From Bacteroidaceae bacterium (GTDB lineage: Bacteria > Bacteroidota > Bacteroidia > Bacteroidales > Bacteroidaceae), in contig JAZRVZ010000167.1 of NCBI GenBank assembly GCA_045599425.1, positions 1-63,035 of the forward strand: a DNA stretch of 63,035 bases, in the 5' to 3' direction. Of this stretch, positions 18,817 to 28,893 are shown piece after piece (within the stretch, counting starts at the first letter, position 1; every line of letters starts with the position of its first letter). The translations under genes were made by a program, and so were the position numbers. The notes under the pieces were generated by a model. It was not told the origin of the DNA and ran no database searches. It was given only the letters and a program-made list of their open reading frames with translations.

Positions 18817-19901
18817 TAGTTGAATTCCTTCTTTATCGGTAGAATGAGGTTAAGGATGGTGAACAGGATGATATCCAGAATCATGATCCATATCATGTCT
18901 GTCCCGAGATAGTACATCAGGAAGTTGATCAGGATGAATCCGATTTGCAATGCAAGTATGCAGAGCAGGGCTTTGTGCATGCTGAATCCCGCAGCCATGA
19001 ATTTGTGGTGAAGATGTGTCTTGTCTGGATGGAAGATTCCTTCTCCTCGCCTGATGCGGCAAAGTGCCACGCGGCATAGGTCAAAGCATGGTGTGATCAG
19101 GAGGGTGTAGGCCACGAGGAGGCCGTCTGCATGATGGGGGAGTGTGGGAGAATCGGCCATGGCATATTTCAATGTGAAGTAGGCAAGGACGATTCCCAGT
19201 GACAACGAGCCGCTGTCTCCCATGAAAGTCTTATTCTCTCTTTTTGCCGTTCCCCATAGATTATAGGGAAGGAATACAAGCAATGTGCCAGAGAGCGCTG
19301 CTGTAATCAGTACGAAACTGGGTATGTTGATGATATGAAACAGGATGCAATAGGCAACAAGGGCAATCAGTGAGAGGCCTGCAGCCAAACCGTCAATTCC
19401 ATCAATGAGGTTGATGGCGTTGACAATAAGCAGGATGGTGAATATTGTAAGGACGTATGAGACAGCCATTGGCAGCTCATGGATGCCTAACATGCCATAG
19501 AGGGAATCGATTCTGAGTCCGCAGACGGGAAACATGGTTGCAGTGATGGACTGGATTGCAAATTTCAGTCGTGCACTACATCCGACCAGGTCGTCAATAA
19601 TGCCTACGAAGTAGATAAGCATGGCACTGCCGGCAAACAAAAGTGAACTGAATCGGAATGTATCCGGAGTCTTGTAACCGCAGATGTGGATTATGCTCAT
19701 GGCACCAAGAGTTCCGATGATGGTGGCGGGTACGAATATAAAGCCACCGAGTCGCGGTATCCCGTTTTTGTGGACCTTACGTCCGTCTGGCAGGTCATAA
19801 AGTCCACGTTTATAGCATTGCCGAAGCAGATATGGCATAAATATAGCCGTGCATATCATGGACAATGCCAATGCTATAAAAGGAAATATGATTCCGTCCA
19901 T
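18816..19901 (-). CDS. WecA/MraY-family polyprenyl-phosphate N-acetylhexosamine-1-phosphate transferase
   Basis: DLPDGRKVHKNGIPRLGG, NLIDGIDGLA and MGDSGSL motifs. The ATG at 19901 is preferred over the TTG at 19994. Confidence 0.8.
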   Translation of the reverse strand: MDGIIFPFIALALSMICTAIFMPYLLRQCYKRGLYDLPDGRKVHKNGIPRLGGFIFVPATIIGTLGAMSIIHICGYKTPDTFRFSSLLFAGSAMLIYFVGIIDDLVGCSARLKFAIQSITATMFPVCGLRIDSLYGMLGIHELPMAVSYVLTIFTILLIVNAINLIDGIDGLAAGLSLIALVAYCILFHIINIPSFVLITAALSGTLLVFLPYNLWGTAKRENKTFMGDSGSLSLGIVLAYFTLKYAMADSPTLPHHADGLLVAYTLLITPCFDLCRVALCRIRRGEGIFHPDKTHLHHKFMAAGFSMHKALLCILALQIGFILINFLMYYLGTDMIWIMILDIILFTILNLILPIKKEFN

Positions 19902-19990
19902 GATTATTTCTGCTATTTGGGTTTCTTTATGGATTGTATATCTAAATAACTCTACCTTTGCGAAATTATTGTATAGAGGACTTGGTAATT

Positions 19991-20518
19991 TCAATATTTA
20001 CGGAAAAGCAGGACATCGCATGGCGTGCTCAGTTGCAGGCTGTTTCCGTCAAGGCGGTCGATATGAAAACGACCGTTGGCCGGCACACCAAAACTGTTCA
20101 GCTCATTCAATTCTTGATCTTTGGCCGGGGTGTGGGGCATGCTGAAATCGTAGTAGTCCTTGCCGGATTCAGTTACAACAGTGCCCAACTGGATGTAGCC
20201 CTCTTTAACCTCAAAGGTGCTGAAAAAGAAATCTCTGGGATGATCAACATCCTTGGCATCGCGAAGTTGGAAGACGTCACGATGTATACCATAATAGATC
20301 TTTCTTTTGTTTGGCAACGTACTGTCGTTTCTCAGGTTATTTGCGACCAGGCTGTCAATCTCTCCTGACAGGCTCAGGGTACGCCATTGTTGCAGTTGCC
20401 ACATGCCACCAAGTTCTCCGTTGGTATCGCGGAAATTTTCGCAAGACATCAATCCTATGCTGATGATTGCAATGAAGAGTATGCAGAATTGCTTCATTTG
20501 TCCTTTATTTGTTTTCAT
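19991..20518 (-). CDS. lipocalin-like lipoprotein
   Basis: Lipobox GLMSC and the GMWQLQQW motif in a 175-aa protein. Its start overlaps the stop of the Wzi-like gene (ATGA). Confidence 0.55.
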   Translation of the reverse strand: MKTNKGQMKQFCILFIAIISIGLMSCENFRDTNGELGGMWQLQQWRTLSLSGEIDSLVANNLRNDSTLPNKRKIYYGIHRDVFQLRDAKDVDHPRDFFFSTFEVKEGYIQLGTVVTESGKDYYDFSMPHTPAKDQELNELNSFGVPANGRFHIDRLDGNSLQLSTPCDVLLFRKY

Positions 20519-22002
20519 TTCCTGATGATTCCATTGTATGTGACGGTTAGCATTCCGCCTGTGCTCTTACCCAGAAGGCTGCCTGTATTCTGACCAAGAC
20601 TCGCCGTGATTCCAAGTCCCTTGATATGGTGGGGACGGTAGGTTGACTCAATCAGCAGGAATGTGCCATGCCTGGGACTTTCATGTGGAAGGAAATAGGT
20701 TCCCAGACTTTTTTCGAGGGTAAGCAATACACGGTAGCTCACGTCATTATGAGGCTGTCCGCTGATACCGAGATGGTTTACCAGGATACGGTTGTCATAG
20801 GTGCAGATCCTGCCGTCTTTATTATATAAAGGTGAAAGAAGGCAGGGGTTTCCCATGACAAAACCTGCATGTTGGTATGCGCCATAGATGTTATGATTGT
20901 AATAGTTGTCTTGTCCGCCGATATTATGGACCTTGTTGCCCAGGAACAGGAGGATTGGTCCTGACTGATCCGTCGTGCGCATATACTCGTATAGCAAGGT
21001 GCTTACGAATCTGTTTTTGGGCAGATTTAACTCTGTGCCTAATGTGATATCCTTCCAGGCAAAGTCAAATCCCATCTGACTGTGGTCGTCAAAATAGTGT
21101 TCTCCATATAGACTGGCGCTCCAGCCTTTGCCGACGTAGTCAAGCCGTGCCATGTATGATCCAAGCTGGTTGCCCATGATGTTGGGATTCTCTCCGTCAA
21201 CAATGTCGCTACCTGTCGGAATGAACGCCTGCAGGAATTCTTTTATGCCATGCTTGAATTTGTAGCTTCCGTCAGCGTTGCTTCCAGGAATGTCGCGGTT
21301 CCAGACCGTACCGCCAAATTGGCAAACCATCTCGCAGCCTCCTGTCAGGACCAGGGGGAACCTTTCGGGATTTCCGATGCGAAGGTAACCGGCTTTGCTG
21401 TGGAACAGGGGATTGGCTGTATAAACAGCGTTCTTGTTTCCTCCATTGAAATCCTGCTGCCATTTCCTGTCTGTCTGGACACCATAGGCCAGGTGGCCTT
21501 TTAATCCGATCCAATCGGCCTTCTCAAAGCTGAGATAATCGGGAAAGAAGTCAAACCTGACCTGAGGAATGGGACGGGAGTTTGCACCAAGCGTCATTCC
21601 ACCGCTCGACAGACTGTTGTTTTTCAGTTCAAAGGGCCTTTCCTTCTGGCCTATCGACAGACCTATCTTCCTGTAATGGAAGTCTGCATAGAGTTGCTGT
21701 ACCAGGAATTTGCTGCTATAGCCAATGGGCGTGACAAAGTCAGCGCCATACCCGATACGCCATTTCCGTTGCGCATCAGCATTGACACTGCGGTTCAGAC
21801 CGACCCTGAAATAGCCGGTGTTATTACTGATCTCGGCCAGTCCGTATCGGTTGGCTGTCTGCCAGAATGGCGTGTGGTCTCCCTGACCCAGTTGGCCGCT
21901 AAGCTCAAGTTTATATCCGAGTCCTTCGGTAAGACGTGAAACCTGGGCATTCAGTACGCCAAAGATGAGATTGACGAAGATGACGGAAGCTGTTCTTCTC
22001 AT
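20515..22002 (-). CDS. wzi: capsule-assembly Wzi-family outer-membrane protein
   Basis: Signal peptide MRRTASVIFVNLIFGVLNA|Q and the TPFWQTANRYG motif near the N-terminus in a beta-barrel-like, Gly/Tyr-rich sequence. It lies downstream of Wzc. Confidence 0.6.
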   Translation of the reverse strand: MRRTASVIFVNLIFGVLNAQVSRLTEGLGYKLELSGQLGQGDHTPFWQTANRYGLAEISNNTGYFRVGLNRSVNADAQRKWRIGYGADFVTPIGYSSKFLVQQLYADFHYRKIGLSIGQKERPFELKNNSLSSGGMTLGANSRPIPQVRFDFFPDYLSFEKADWIGLKGHLAYGVQTDRKWQQDFNGGNKNAVYTANPLFHSKAGYLRIGNPERFPLVLTGGCEMVCQFGGTVWNRDIPGSNADGSYKFKHGIKEFLQAFIPTGSDIVDGENPNIMGNQLGSYMARLDYVGKGWSASLYGEHYFDDHSQMGFDFAWKDITLGTELNLPKNRFVSTLLYEYMRTTDQSGPILLFLGNKVHNIGGQDNYYNHNIYGAYQHAGFVMGNPCLLSPLYNKDGRICTYDNRILVNHLGISGQPHNDVSYRVLLTLEKSLGTYFLPHESPRHGTFLLIESTYRPHHIKGLGITASLGQNTGSLLGKSTGGMLTVTYNGIIRK

Positions 22003-22146
22003 GTTTCCTTGTTGTGCTATTGATGCAGGACGTTCATGGTAATCGTCATGTACTGTTGATCTCTGTCCTGTCAAACAAATAAATGAGGTATGCCGGCTTC
22101 CCGGCATACCTCGCTGCTTTGTATAATCCTCAATCAGGAGGTCTGG

Positions 22147-24609
22147 TTATTTCTCAGTGTGGAATCTGGCCTTGCCTTTGTCCTGTCCGTCGCTGGAGTA
22201 GTTACCATACACACCGTAGCGACCGTATTTGCCATAATGACCATACTTTCCGTATCCGTAGTAGTAACCGTATTTCTTCTTCTTGAGGTCGATGCCATTG
22301 AGTACCAGACTGAGTTTGGGCAGCTTGTTGTCAGCCTTGATGTTGTTAATCAGCTCAAAGTTGGACTTGGGGCTGTAGTCTGCACGGCAGACATAAATGC
22401 AGACGTCTGCCACACGACCGATTTCAAGGGTGTCACTAACCAAGCCAACGGGTGGTGTATCAATGATGACAATGTCATACTTGGCACGGAGATGGCTGAT
22501 GGCCTCGTCCAGTCGCTTGCGGGAGATCAGTTCACCGGGGTTGGGAGGAATCGTGCCTGCGGGCAGGACGTCAAGGTTCTCGTTTTTCACACCATGGTGA
22601 ATCTGCTCCTCAAGCAGGTCAAAGCCAGCCGAGTTGGTCCTGAGGAACTCGGTGATACCCCGCTTGTCAGCGGGCAAGTTGAACAGGCCGACAAGACGAG
22701 GCTTACGGATATCCAGTCCGATAAGCAGCACCTTCTTGCCCAGCAGTGCAAATGACATGGCAAGGTTGGATGCCACGAAAGTCTTGCCTTCGCCAGGAAT
22801 GGTGGAGGTACACAGGATGACCTTCTCTTCCTCGGTCATGACAAAGCGCAGGTTGGTACGCAGGCCGCGGAAGGTCTCCTCCATGGAGTCATTGCTGTTC
22901 TCGGATACGACGATGGCACGTTCGGGAGTCCCTTTCTTCCGGTGCGAAAGCGGAACGTCGCAGATAACGGGAATCTTGGTAATTTTCTCGACATCTTCCC
23001 TGCCCTCGATGCGGAAACGCAGGAGATCCAGCAGATAGAACAGGGCGATGGGAATGCAGAGACCCAGCATAAGCGCTATCAGCCAGATCATGCTTGGCTT
23101 GGGTGATACCTGACCGACAAGCTGGGGGGCGTCAATAATCTTGGCCTTGGTGGCGGTGCTGGCAAGTGAAATGAAGTTCTCCTCGCGCTTCTGGAGCAGC
23201 ATGAGGTACAGGCCGGACTTGATCTCCTGCTGGCGGCCGATATCGTTCAATGTGCGCTCGTGGGTGGGAGTACTCTGGATACGGCCACTGTAGAGTTCGT
23301 ACTGCTTGTCGATGCTTCGCTTCTGAATCAGCAGGTTGGCGTACACGCTGCTCAGTGACTGCTCAATGGCAGCATGCATGTCCATGATCTCATCCTGCAG
23401 CTTCTTCAGGGCAGGGTTGGATTCTGCACCAGTACGTGCCAGACGGTTGTACTGCAGCACTGCATCATTGTAGGTGTTGATGCGCTGGTTCAGTGTCTGG
23501 TCCTTCAGGCCCAGGTTGGCGGGGATTACCTGGAAGTTGTTCTCGGGCTTGCTGACGTATTCAATCAATGACTTTACAAGGGTGATCTCGGTTTGGCTCT
23601 CTACCTGCTCCTTCTGGAAGTCGGTGGATCCCGAGAGTGAGTTGGTTGCATCGTTGGTCAGGTTGATCAACTCATTGCGCTTCTTGTAGACCTCCAGCTG
23701 GCTCTCTGTGGTATTCAGCTCCTTGCGGATGGAGTCGATACGGCCGTCAATGAAGATACCAGTCTTTTCCGCCACCTCATTCTTGTCCTTGTTGGCGTCC
23801 TCGTTGTAGCTGATGATGAGCTGGTTCAGGTAGTCCAATGCCCTTTCCACCTGACTGTCGTTGATGCTCAGCTGTGCCACAGTGGTAGTCTTGCTGGTTG
23901 CCTGGGCGTGAAGTGCCTGGGCATACGTGGCTGCCATCTTCTGGAGGGGCGTGATGGTGACATACAACTTGCCTTTGGACTCAATTGCCTTCGAATCCTC
24001 GTTCCTGCTGAACACGATGGTGCCATATTCGGTATGGATGGTGTTGGGCAGTGAGGCAATCTCATGAACAGAGTGGATGAACTCCTTGGAGTTCTTTATT
24101 TCCAGGTCCGCTTCTACGTGCAAACCCTTACCCCTTTCGGTGATGGTCAGCCTGATTCCGTTCTCCAGATTGAGAAGGTCCTCCTCTGTCATATCCACAA
24201 TGATGGGGGAGTGCTTGTAGGTCTCGATCTTTTTCAGACGTCCTTCGGTGTAATAGCGGGTGTACAGCTTCAGTGCCTTGACGGCATCACCGGAGATGGC
24301 GGTACTGGTCAGGATTTCCAGCTCGTTGTCAAAACCGTTGCTGTTGCTGATGATACCCATGTCTGCCAGGGACAAGGCGTTGGCGTTGGAGCGCTTCTTG
24401 TCATCATCCTTGACCAGGACCTTGGCGGAAGCTGAGTAGACGGGCGTCTTGTAGCGGAGGTACCCGTAGGCGGCTCCAAGGCAGATAATGACTGACAGGA
24501 TAATCCAGTACCAGTGCAGCATCACGATGCGCCAGATGGTCTTCAGACTGAAGCCGTCGGACCCCTCCTGCTCGGGGGCAATCTGTTGGTTGTTGATGTT
24601 TTCGGCCAT
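22147..24609 (-). CDS. wzc: polysaccharide co-polymerase / tyrosine autokinase (Wzc, GumC family)
   Basis: Two TM helices flank a long coiled-coil periplasmic domain. Walker A is IPGEGKT. The C-terminal Tyr cluster is KYGYYYGYGKYGHYGKYGRYGVYGNY. Confidence 0.88.
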   Translation of the reverse strand: MAENINNQQIAPEQEGSDGFSLKTIWRIVMLHWYWIILSVIICLGAAYGYLRYKTPVYSASAKVLVKDDDKKRSNANALSLADMGIISNSNGFDNELEILTSTAISGDAVKALKLYTRYYTEGRLKKIETYKHSPIIVDMTEEDLLNLENGIRLTITERGKGLHVEADLEIKNSKEFIHSVHEIASLPNTIHTEYGTIVFSRNEDSKAIESKGKLYVTITPLQKMAATYAQALHAQATSKTTTVAQLSINDSQVERALDYLNQLIISYNEDANKDKNEVAEKTGIFIDGRIDSIRKELNTTESQLEVYKKRNELINLTNDATNSLSGSTDFQKEQVESQTEITLVKSLIEYVSKPENNFQVIPANLGLKDQTLNQRINTYNDAVLQYNRLARTGAESNPALKKLQDEIMDMHAAIEQSLSSVYANLLIQKRSIDKQYELYSGRIQSTPTHERTLNDIGRQQEIKSGLYLMLLQKREENFISLASTATKAKIIDAPQLVGQVSPKPSMIWLIALMLGLCIPIALFYLLDLLRFRIEGREDVEKITKIPVICDVPLSHRKKGTPERAIVVSENSNDSMEETFRGLRTNLRFVMTEEEKVILCTSTIPGEGKTFVASNLAMSFALLGKKVLLIGLDIRKPRLVGLFNLPADKRGITEFLRTNSAGFDLLEEQIHHGVKNENLDVLPAGTIPPNPGELISRKRLDEAISHLRAKYDIVIIDTPPVGLVSDTLEIGRVADVCIYVCRADYSPKSNFELINNIKADNKLPKLSLVLNGIDLKKKKYGYYYGYGKYGHYGKYGRYGVYGNYSSDGQDKGKARFHTEK

Positions 24610-24652
24610 GATTATTGTGTGATTTTGTTTTGTTGCAGTTATTGTAAGCGTG

Positions 24653-24660
24653 CAAATTTA
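24653..24660 (-). promoter_or_regulatory. -7 box TAAATTTG for the wzc operon
   Basis: TAnnTTTG on the minus strand, 44 nt upstream of the wzc ATG. Confidence 0.5.
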
Positions 24661-24775
24661 CGTATTATTTTCGATACACGAAAGAAAAATGGTGAATATC
24701 TTCCTTTCCTATATAAAAAATGTTATGGTTGGGCTAAAATGCCCTCCAAAACTTGTCTGAGAGAAGGATTTTGCC

Positions 24776-24783
24776 TATCTTTG
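24776..24783 (+). promoter_or_regulatory. -7 box TATCTTTG for the divergent sugar-transferase-like gene
   Basis: TAnnTTTG. It lies inside the ORF-track N-terminal extension, which argues for a start at 24798 or 24837. Confidence 0.5.
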
Positions 24784-24836
24784 CACAAATTGGAAGGATG
24801 TGGCCCTGTCGCGCCGCATTTCTGCCAGCCAAGAAA

Positions 24837-25694
24837 ATGGTGACCCGGAAAGAACAGAAGGATACGATTCTCGTAGGAGATGGCATGGAACTTACCTCTC
24901 TCTACGGCAGGTTGAAGCGCCCCGAAAGGGTGCTGGGGCATTTCTGCGGGGATGCAGATTCTGGCCAGGAACTGGCGTTTCGCCTGGGTGCCGTGGATGA
25001 GGTTCCTGCCTGGTTGGAGGGACAGCCACAAGTGCGACGGGTGTACTGCTGTGCCTCCGGTGTGGAGGCTGCCCAGGTACTTGCCATCCAACAGGCCTGC
25101 AAGGTACGTGATGTCCGGCTGTGTATGGTCCTTCCCGTCATAAACGAGCTGGACGGGCAGTTCGTGCCCATGACGGTGGGACGACAGTTGCTGCTGACCC
25201 CCCGGCGCGAACCCCTTTCGCACTGGTATAACCTCTGCATGAAAAGGGTAGGCGACAGCCTGGTTGCGCTTGTTCTGCTCCTGACAGTCTTTCCCGTTGT
25301 GTATCTTGTCAGGTACATCGTGGCAAGAAGATACAGGTCCGGTGCAACGCTGAGGGTGCAGCGCTGTCAGGGACCTGACGGAAAGTCGTTCCCGCGACTG
25401 ACATTCAGGACAGCGGCAGGAAACCCTGAGTCCGGGTGGGATGGCCTGCCCCAGTTGCTGAATGTGATGGCGGGTCAGATGAGCCTGGTGGGCCCTGCTC
25501 CCCGACCGCTCTCCGGGGAGGTTGAGGCAAGCCGGTGCGGAGAGCTGGAACGCCCCTTCCTAAAGAGTGGCATGACGGGACTGGCCCAGCTGAAAGACTG
25601 TGAAGGAAGCGACAGGCTTCGCAACGACATCTGGTACGTAGGGCACTGGACACCCTGGCTGGATCTGAAGATCCTGCTTCGCCGGAAGGTATGA
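24837..25694 (+). CDS. degenerate bacterial sugar transferase (polyprenyl-phosphate glycosyl-1-phosphate transferase) homologue
   Basis: The family signature is recognisable but altered: TFRTA replaces KFRTM, DGLPQLLNV replaces DELPQL.NV, MSLVGPAPRP replaces MSLVGPRP, and SGMTGLAQL replaces PG.TGLWQ. About 20 residues are missing between the first two motifs. Confidence 0.65.
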   Translation: MVTRKEQKDTILVGDGMELTSLYGRLKRPERVLGHFCGDADSGQELAFRLGAVDEVPAWLEGQPQVRRVYCCASGVEAAQVLAIQQACKVRDVRLCMVLPVINELDGQFVPMTVGRQLLLTPRREPLSHWYNLCMKRVGDSLVALVLLLTVFPVVYLVRYIVARRYRSGATLRVQRCQGPDGKSFPRLTFRTAAGNPESGWDGLPQLLNVMAGQMSLVGPAPRPLSGEVEASRCGELERPFLKSGMTGLAQLKDCEGSDRLRNDIWYVGHWTPWLDLKILLRRKV

Positions 25695-25754
25695 GCAGAA
25701 CATGCATGTCTGGAAGTATGAAACGTGTACAATCATTAATAGAAATACAGTAAA

Positions 25755-26396
25755 ATGTCAATATTCAGTAAACTATTTGGACGCAAGGAGGCCGTGGCGG
25801 AAAGCAAGGCCGGCGGAATGGAGGATTTCATGACGCTCATCCGCGTGTACTATCAGTCCGTCATGGCGGCCCATGTCGGCATCAATAATCTCGGAGCTTT
25901 GCCTGACCTTAGGGTTTTCAAGCAGACCTTCCGTGTCCCGACCCTGAACAACAAGATCGGGTTGGGCGAGAAGAAACATTGCCAGAAACTCCTGATGGAT
26001 CTCTATAATCTGCCGGAAAGCTTCTTTGCGGAGATAGATTCCAGTGTAAAGAAACGTTGCAAGAAGATGCAGGACGTCCAGCCCTACTTCATCATGTTCC
26101 AGGGATTCAGTCAGGACCTCATGATGCTGATGGGTAATCTGATGAAGTGGAAGTTCCGCCTTCCCGGCTTCTTCAAGAGTGCCATGCACGAGATGGTGGC
26201 CAAGCAGATTCATCAGATCATGACCCGTCCGGTCTGGAAGGATGAAGGGGTGCGCCGAACCTGCGTGGCCATCCGCCAGTACCAGCAGCAGTTGGGGTAC
26301 AGTGAGTCCTGGATGACGGAGTACACCTATACCATAATCATGCTGGCAAAGAAGGAACCCAGGCACAATATCGACAAGGAACAGGCCGCGAAATAG
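25755..26396 (+). CDS. hypothetical cytoplasmic protein (213 aa)
   Basis: Clean ORF with host-like codon usage. No motif recognised. Confidence 0.65.
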   Translation: MSIFSKLFGRKEAVAESKAGGMEDFMTLIRVYYQSVMAAHVGINNLGALPDLRVFKQTFRVPTLNNKIGLGEKKHCQKLLMDLYNLPESFFAEIDSSVKKRCKKMQDVQPYFIMFQGFSQDLMMLMGNLMKWKFRLPGFFKSAMHEMVAKQIHQIMTRPVWKDEGVRRTCVAIRQYQQQLGYSESWMTEYTYTIIMLAKKEPRHNIDKEQAAK

Positions 26397-26438
26397 CGTT
26401 TTTCCGGTCAAATATTTTGATACGTCAGACAAAATTAC

Positions 26439-26446
26439 TAATTTTG
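26439..26446 (+). promoter_or_regulatory. -7 box TAATTTTG
   Basis: TAnnTTTG, 27 nt upstream of the ATG at 26473. Confidence 0.5.
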
Positions 26447-26472
26447 TTGCAAATTAGGCATATCACACAAAG

Positions 26473-26772
26473 ATGACGAACGAGGAAGCCCAACTTATAA
26501 AGTTGCTGGAAACCAGAATCCGACAACTCATCCTGCAGGATCGCGAGCTGCGCAGACAGAATACGCAGCTGTGGGAGCAGGTGGCGGAGGATGATGCCCT
26601 CATCGCATCCTTGCGCGACGAGAACCGCAAGCTTGCCGCGCAATATGCCGACCTGAAGACAGCAAGGATGATGCAGCTCAGCGATGATGATACCCGCAAT
26701 GCCAAGCTGCGCGTCAGCAGACTGATGAGAGAAGTAGATAAATGTATCGCCTTACTTAAAGCCGAGAGATGA
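26473..26772 (+). CDS. coiled-coil protein (ZapB-like), translationally coupled to zapA
   Basis: A 99-aa all-helical heptad sequence. Its stop overlaps the zapA start (ATGA). Confidence 0.6.
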   Translation: MTNEEAQLIKLLETRIRQLILQDRELRRQNTQLWEQVAEDDALIASLRDENRKLAAQYADLKTARMMQLSDDDTRNAKLRVSRLMREVDKCIALLKAER

Positions 26773-27080
26773 TGCCACAACCCGACGATACGCTATCCAT
26801 AACGCTGAAGCTGGGCAGTCAGATCCTGCCCATGACGGTTAACCGGAAGGACGAGATTATCTATCGTGACGCGGAGAAACTGATCAATCAGCGATTTACC
26901 TATTATGCCACCAAATACCCCAAGCTGGGCAACGAGATGTATCTGACCATGATGGCTCTTGACGTGGCGGTCCAGCTCAAGGGCATGGAGCGCGATACGG
27001 ATCCCCAACCCATGGTGGGAGCGCTTCAGGGGATGCTCTCCGAACTGGAGGCAGCCCTGGAGGAAGGCGGCAGTAAATAG
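26769..27080 (+). CDS. zapA: cell division protein ZapA
   Basis: About 100 aa, containing ..ITLKLGSQILPMTVNRKDEIIYRDAEKLINQRF.., and lying directly upstream of rny as in other Bacteroidales. Confidence 0.65.
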   Translation: MMPQPDDTLSITLKLGSQILPMTVNRKDEIIYRDAEKLINQRFTYYATKYPKLGNEMYLTMMALDVAVQLKGMERDTDPQPMVGALQGMLSELEAALEEGGSK

Positions 27081-27216
27081 GATACTTCCCTTATTGCTTG
27101 ATGAACTTGTGATGTCTTCACCCTTGCCGCCGGACAGGATGGGCGCAGGAAACCGTGTGACAGCACAGTGACATACATTATATATTAATAACTAATTCAA
27201 AAAAAGTACAGAGTTT

Positions 27217-28773
27217 ATGGAATACATAATTGCCATAATCGTTGCCTTGGTCATCGTGGGGGTATGGGCCTTTGTCCTCTACCGTGTCACGCTGCCTGCC
27301 CGCATGAAGAAGATGCAGGCGGAAGCCCACGAACTGGCCGAACAGGAGGCAGAAGTAATCAAGCAGAAGAAGCTGCTTGAAGTGAAGGAGAAGTTCCTCA
27401 ACAAGAAGGCTGAGCTGGAAAAGGAAGTGCAGCAGCGCAACCAGCAGATCCAGCAGGGCGAGAACAGGGTGAAGCAGCGTGAGCTGAGCCTGAACCAGAA
27501 GCAGGACGAGCTGAACCGCAAGCGTCAGGAACTGGACAACCAGCGCCAGCGCACGGAGCAGCAGATGGTCATCCTGGAGAAGCGCGAGGAGGAACTGAAC
27601 CAGCGTCAGAACAGCCTGATTGAACAGGAGCGCACCAAGTTGGAGGAAATCAGCGGACTGAGTGCTGAGGAGGCTCGCAACCAGTTGATCGAGGGTCTGA
27701 AGGACGAGGCCAAGACGGCCGCCGCCGCCTATATCAATGATATTATGGATGAGGCTAAGCTGAATGCCAACAAGGAGGCCAAGAAGATCATCATCCAGAC
27801 CATCCAGCGTGTGGCTACCGAGACGGCTGTGGAAAACAGCGTGACCGTCTTCCACATCGACAACGATGACGTGAAGGGCCGTGTCATCGGTCGTGAGGGC
27901 CGCAACATCCGTGCCCTGGAGGCTGCCACCGGTGTGGAGATCGTCGTGGACGATACGCCCGAGGCTATTGTCATCAGTGCCTTTGACCCCGTCCGCCGTG
28001 AGATCTGCCGACTGGCCCTTCACCAGCTTGTGGCCGACGGGCGTATTCATCCCGCCCGAATTGAGGAGGTTGTGGCCAAGGTCAAGAAGCAGGTTGAGGA
28101 GGAGATCATGGAGACCGGTAAGCGTACTGCCATCGATCTGGGCGTACATGGCCTGCACCCCGACCTGATCCGCATCATCGGTAAGATGAAGTACCGTTCC
28201 AGCTACGGCCAGAACCTGCTGCAGCACAGCCGCGAGACCGCCAACCTCTGTGCCGTCATGGCTGCCGAGCTGGGTCTCAATCCCAAGAAGGCCAAGCGTG
28301 CCGGTCTGCTGCACGATATCGGTAAGGTGCCCGACGAGGATCCCGAGATGCCTCACGCTCTCTACGGTGCCAAGCTGGCGGAGCAGTGCAAGGAGAAGCC
28401 CGATATCTGCAATGCCATCGGTGCCCATCATGAGGAGATGGAGATGAACTCACTCATCGCTCCCATCGTTCAGATCTGTGATGCCATCAGCGGTGCCCGT
28501 CCCGGTGCCCGTCGCGAGATTGTCGAGGCCTACATCAAGCGTCTGAAGGATCTGGAGAATATCGCCATGAGCTATCCCGGCGTCACCAAGACCTATGCCA
28601 TCCAGGCCGGTCGTGAACTGCGTGTCATCGTGGGTGCCGACAAGATCGACGACCGCCAGATTGAGGTTCTCAGCAGCGATATCGCCACTCGCATCCAGAA
28701 TGAGATGACCTATCCCGGACAGGTGAAGATCACCGTGATTCGTGAAACGCGCGCCGTAAGCTATGCCAAGTAG
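27217..28773 (+). CDS. rny: ribonuclease Y
   Basis: N-terminal TM helix, a long Glu/Lys/Gln coiled coil, a KH domain ([15 protein letters not shown]) and an HD domain (LLHDIGK...GAHHEE). Confidence 0.93.
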   Translation: MEYIIAIIVALVIVGVWAFVLYRVTLPARMKKMQAEAHELAEQEAEVIKQKKLLEVKEKFLNKKAELEKEVQQRNQQIQQGENRVKQRELSLNQKQDELNRKRQELDNQRQRTEQQMVILEKREEELNQRQNSLIEQERTKLEEISGLSAEEARNQLIEGLKDEAKTAAAAYINDIMDEAKLNANKEAKKIIIQTIQRVATETAVENSVTVFHIDNDDVKGRVIGREGRNIRALEAATGVEIVVDDTPEAIVISAFDPVRREICRLALHQLVADGRIHPARIEEVVAKVKKQVEEEIMETGKRTAIDLGVHGLHPDLIRIIGKMKYRSSYGQNLLQHSRETANLCAVMAAELGLNPKKAKRAGLLHDIGKVPDEDPEMPHALYGAKLAEQCKEKPDICNAIGAHHEEMEMNSLIAPIVQICDAISGARPGARREIVEAYIKRLKDLENIAMSYPGVTKTYAIQAGRELRVIVGADKIDDRQIEVLSSDIATRIQNEMTYPGQVKITVIRETRAVSYAK

Positions 28774-28893
28774 CGGGCGACGGAAAGAAAGATAAGACAG
28801 AAACTAAGGAATAGGGACTTGCACGGGCCTGCTCCATACAGGACGCCCGTACAGCCCTCATTCCTTATCATAATTTAATAAAGAAAGGCCAAT

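Noticed and set aside
27081-27216. A possible small RNA (for example 6S-like) in the zapA-rny gap.
   Set aside because: I could not identify a promoter box, a terminator or a convincing extended structure by eye, so there is insufficient evidence.
27178-28431. A 417-aa minus-strand ORF antisense to rny. Analogous antisense ORFs lie at 2409-3443 (+), 691-1740 (-), 8067-9389 (-), 22090-22755 (+), 25773-26432 (-), 47666-48736 (-), 50347-51771 (-), 57320-58771 (-) and 58877-59665 (-).
   Set aside because: All lie opposite genes with confident identities (rny, the PurH-like gene, the porin-like gene, EpsG, wzc, htrA, the HprK-like gene, proS and AmpG-like). All have low-complexity composition typical of shadow frames.
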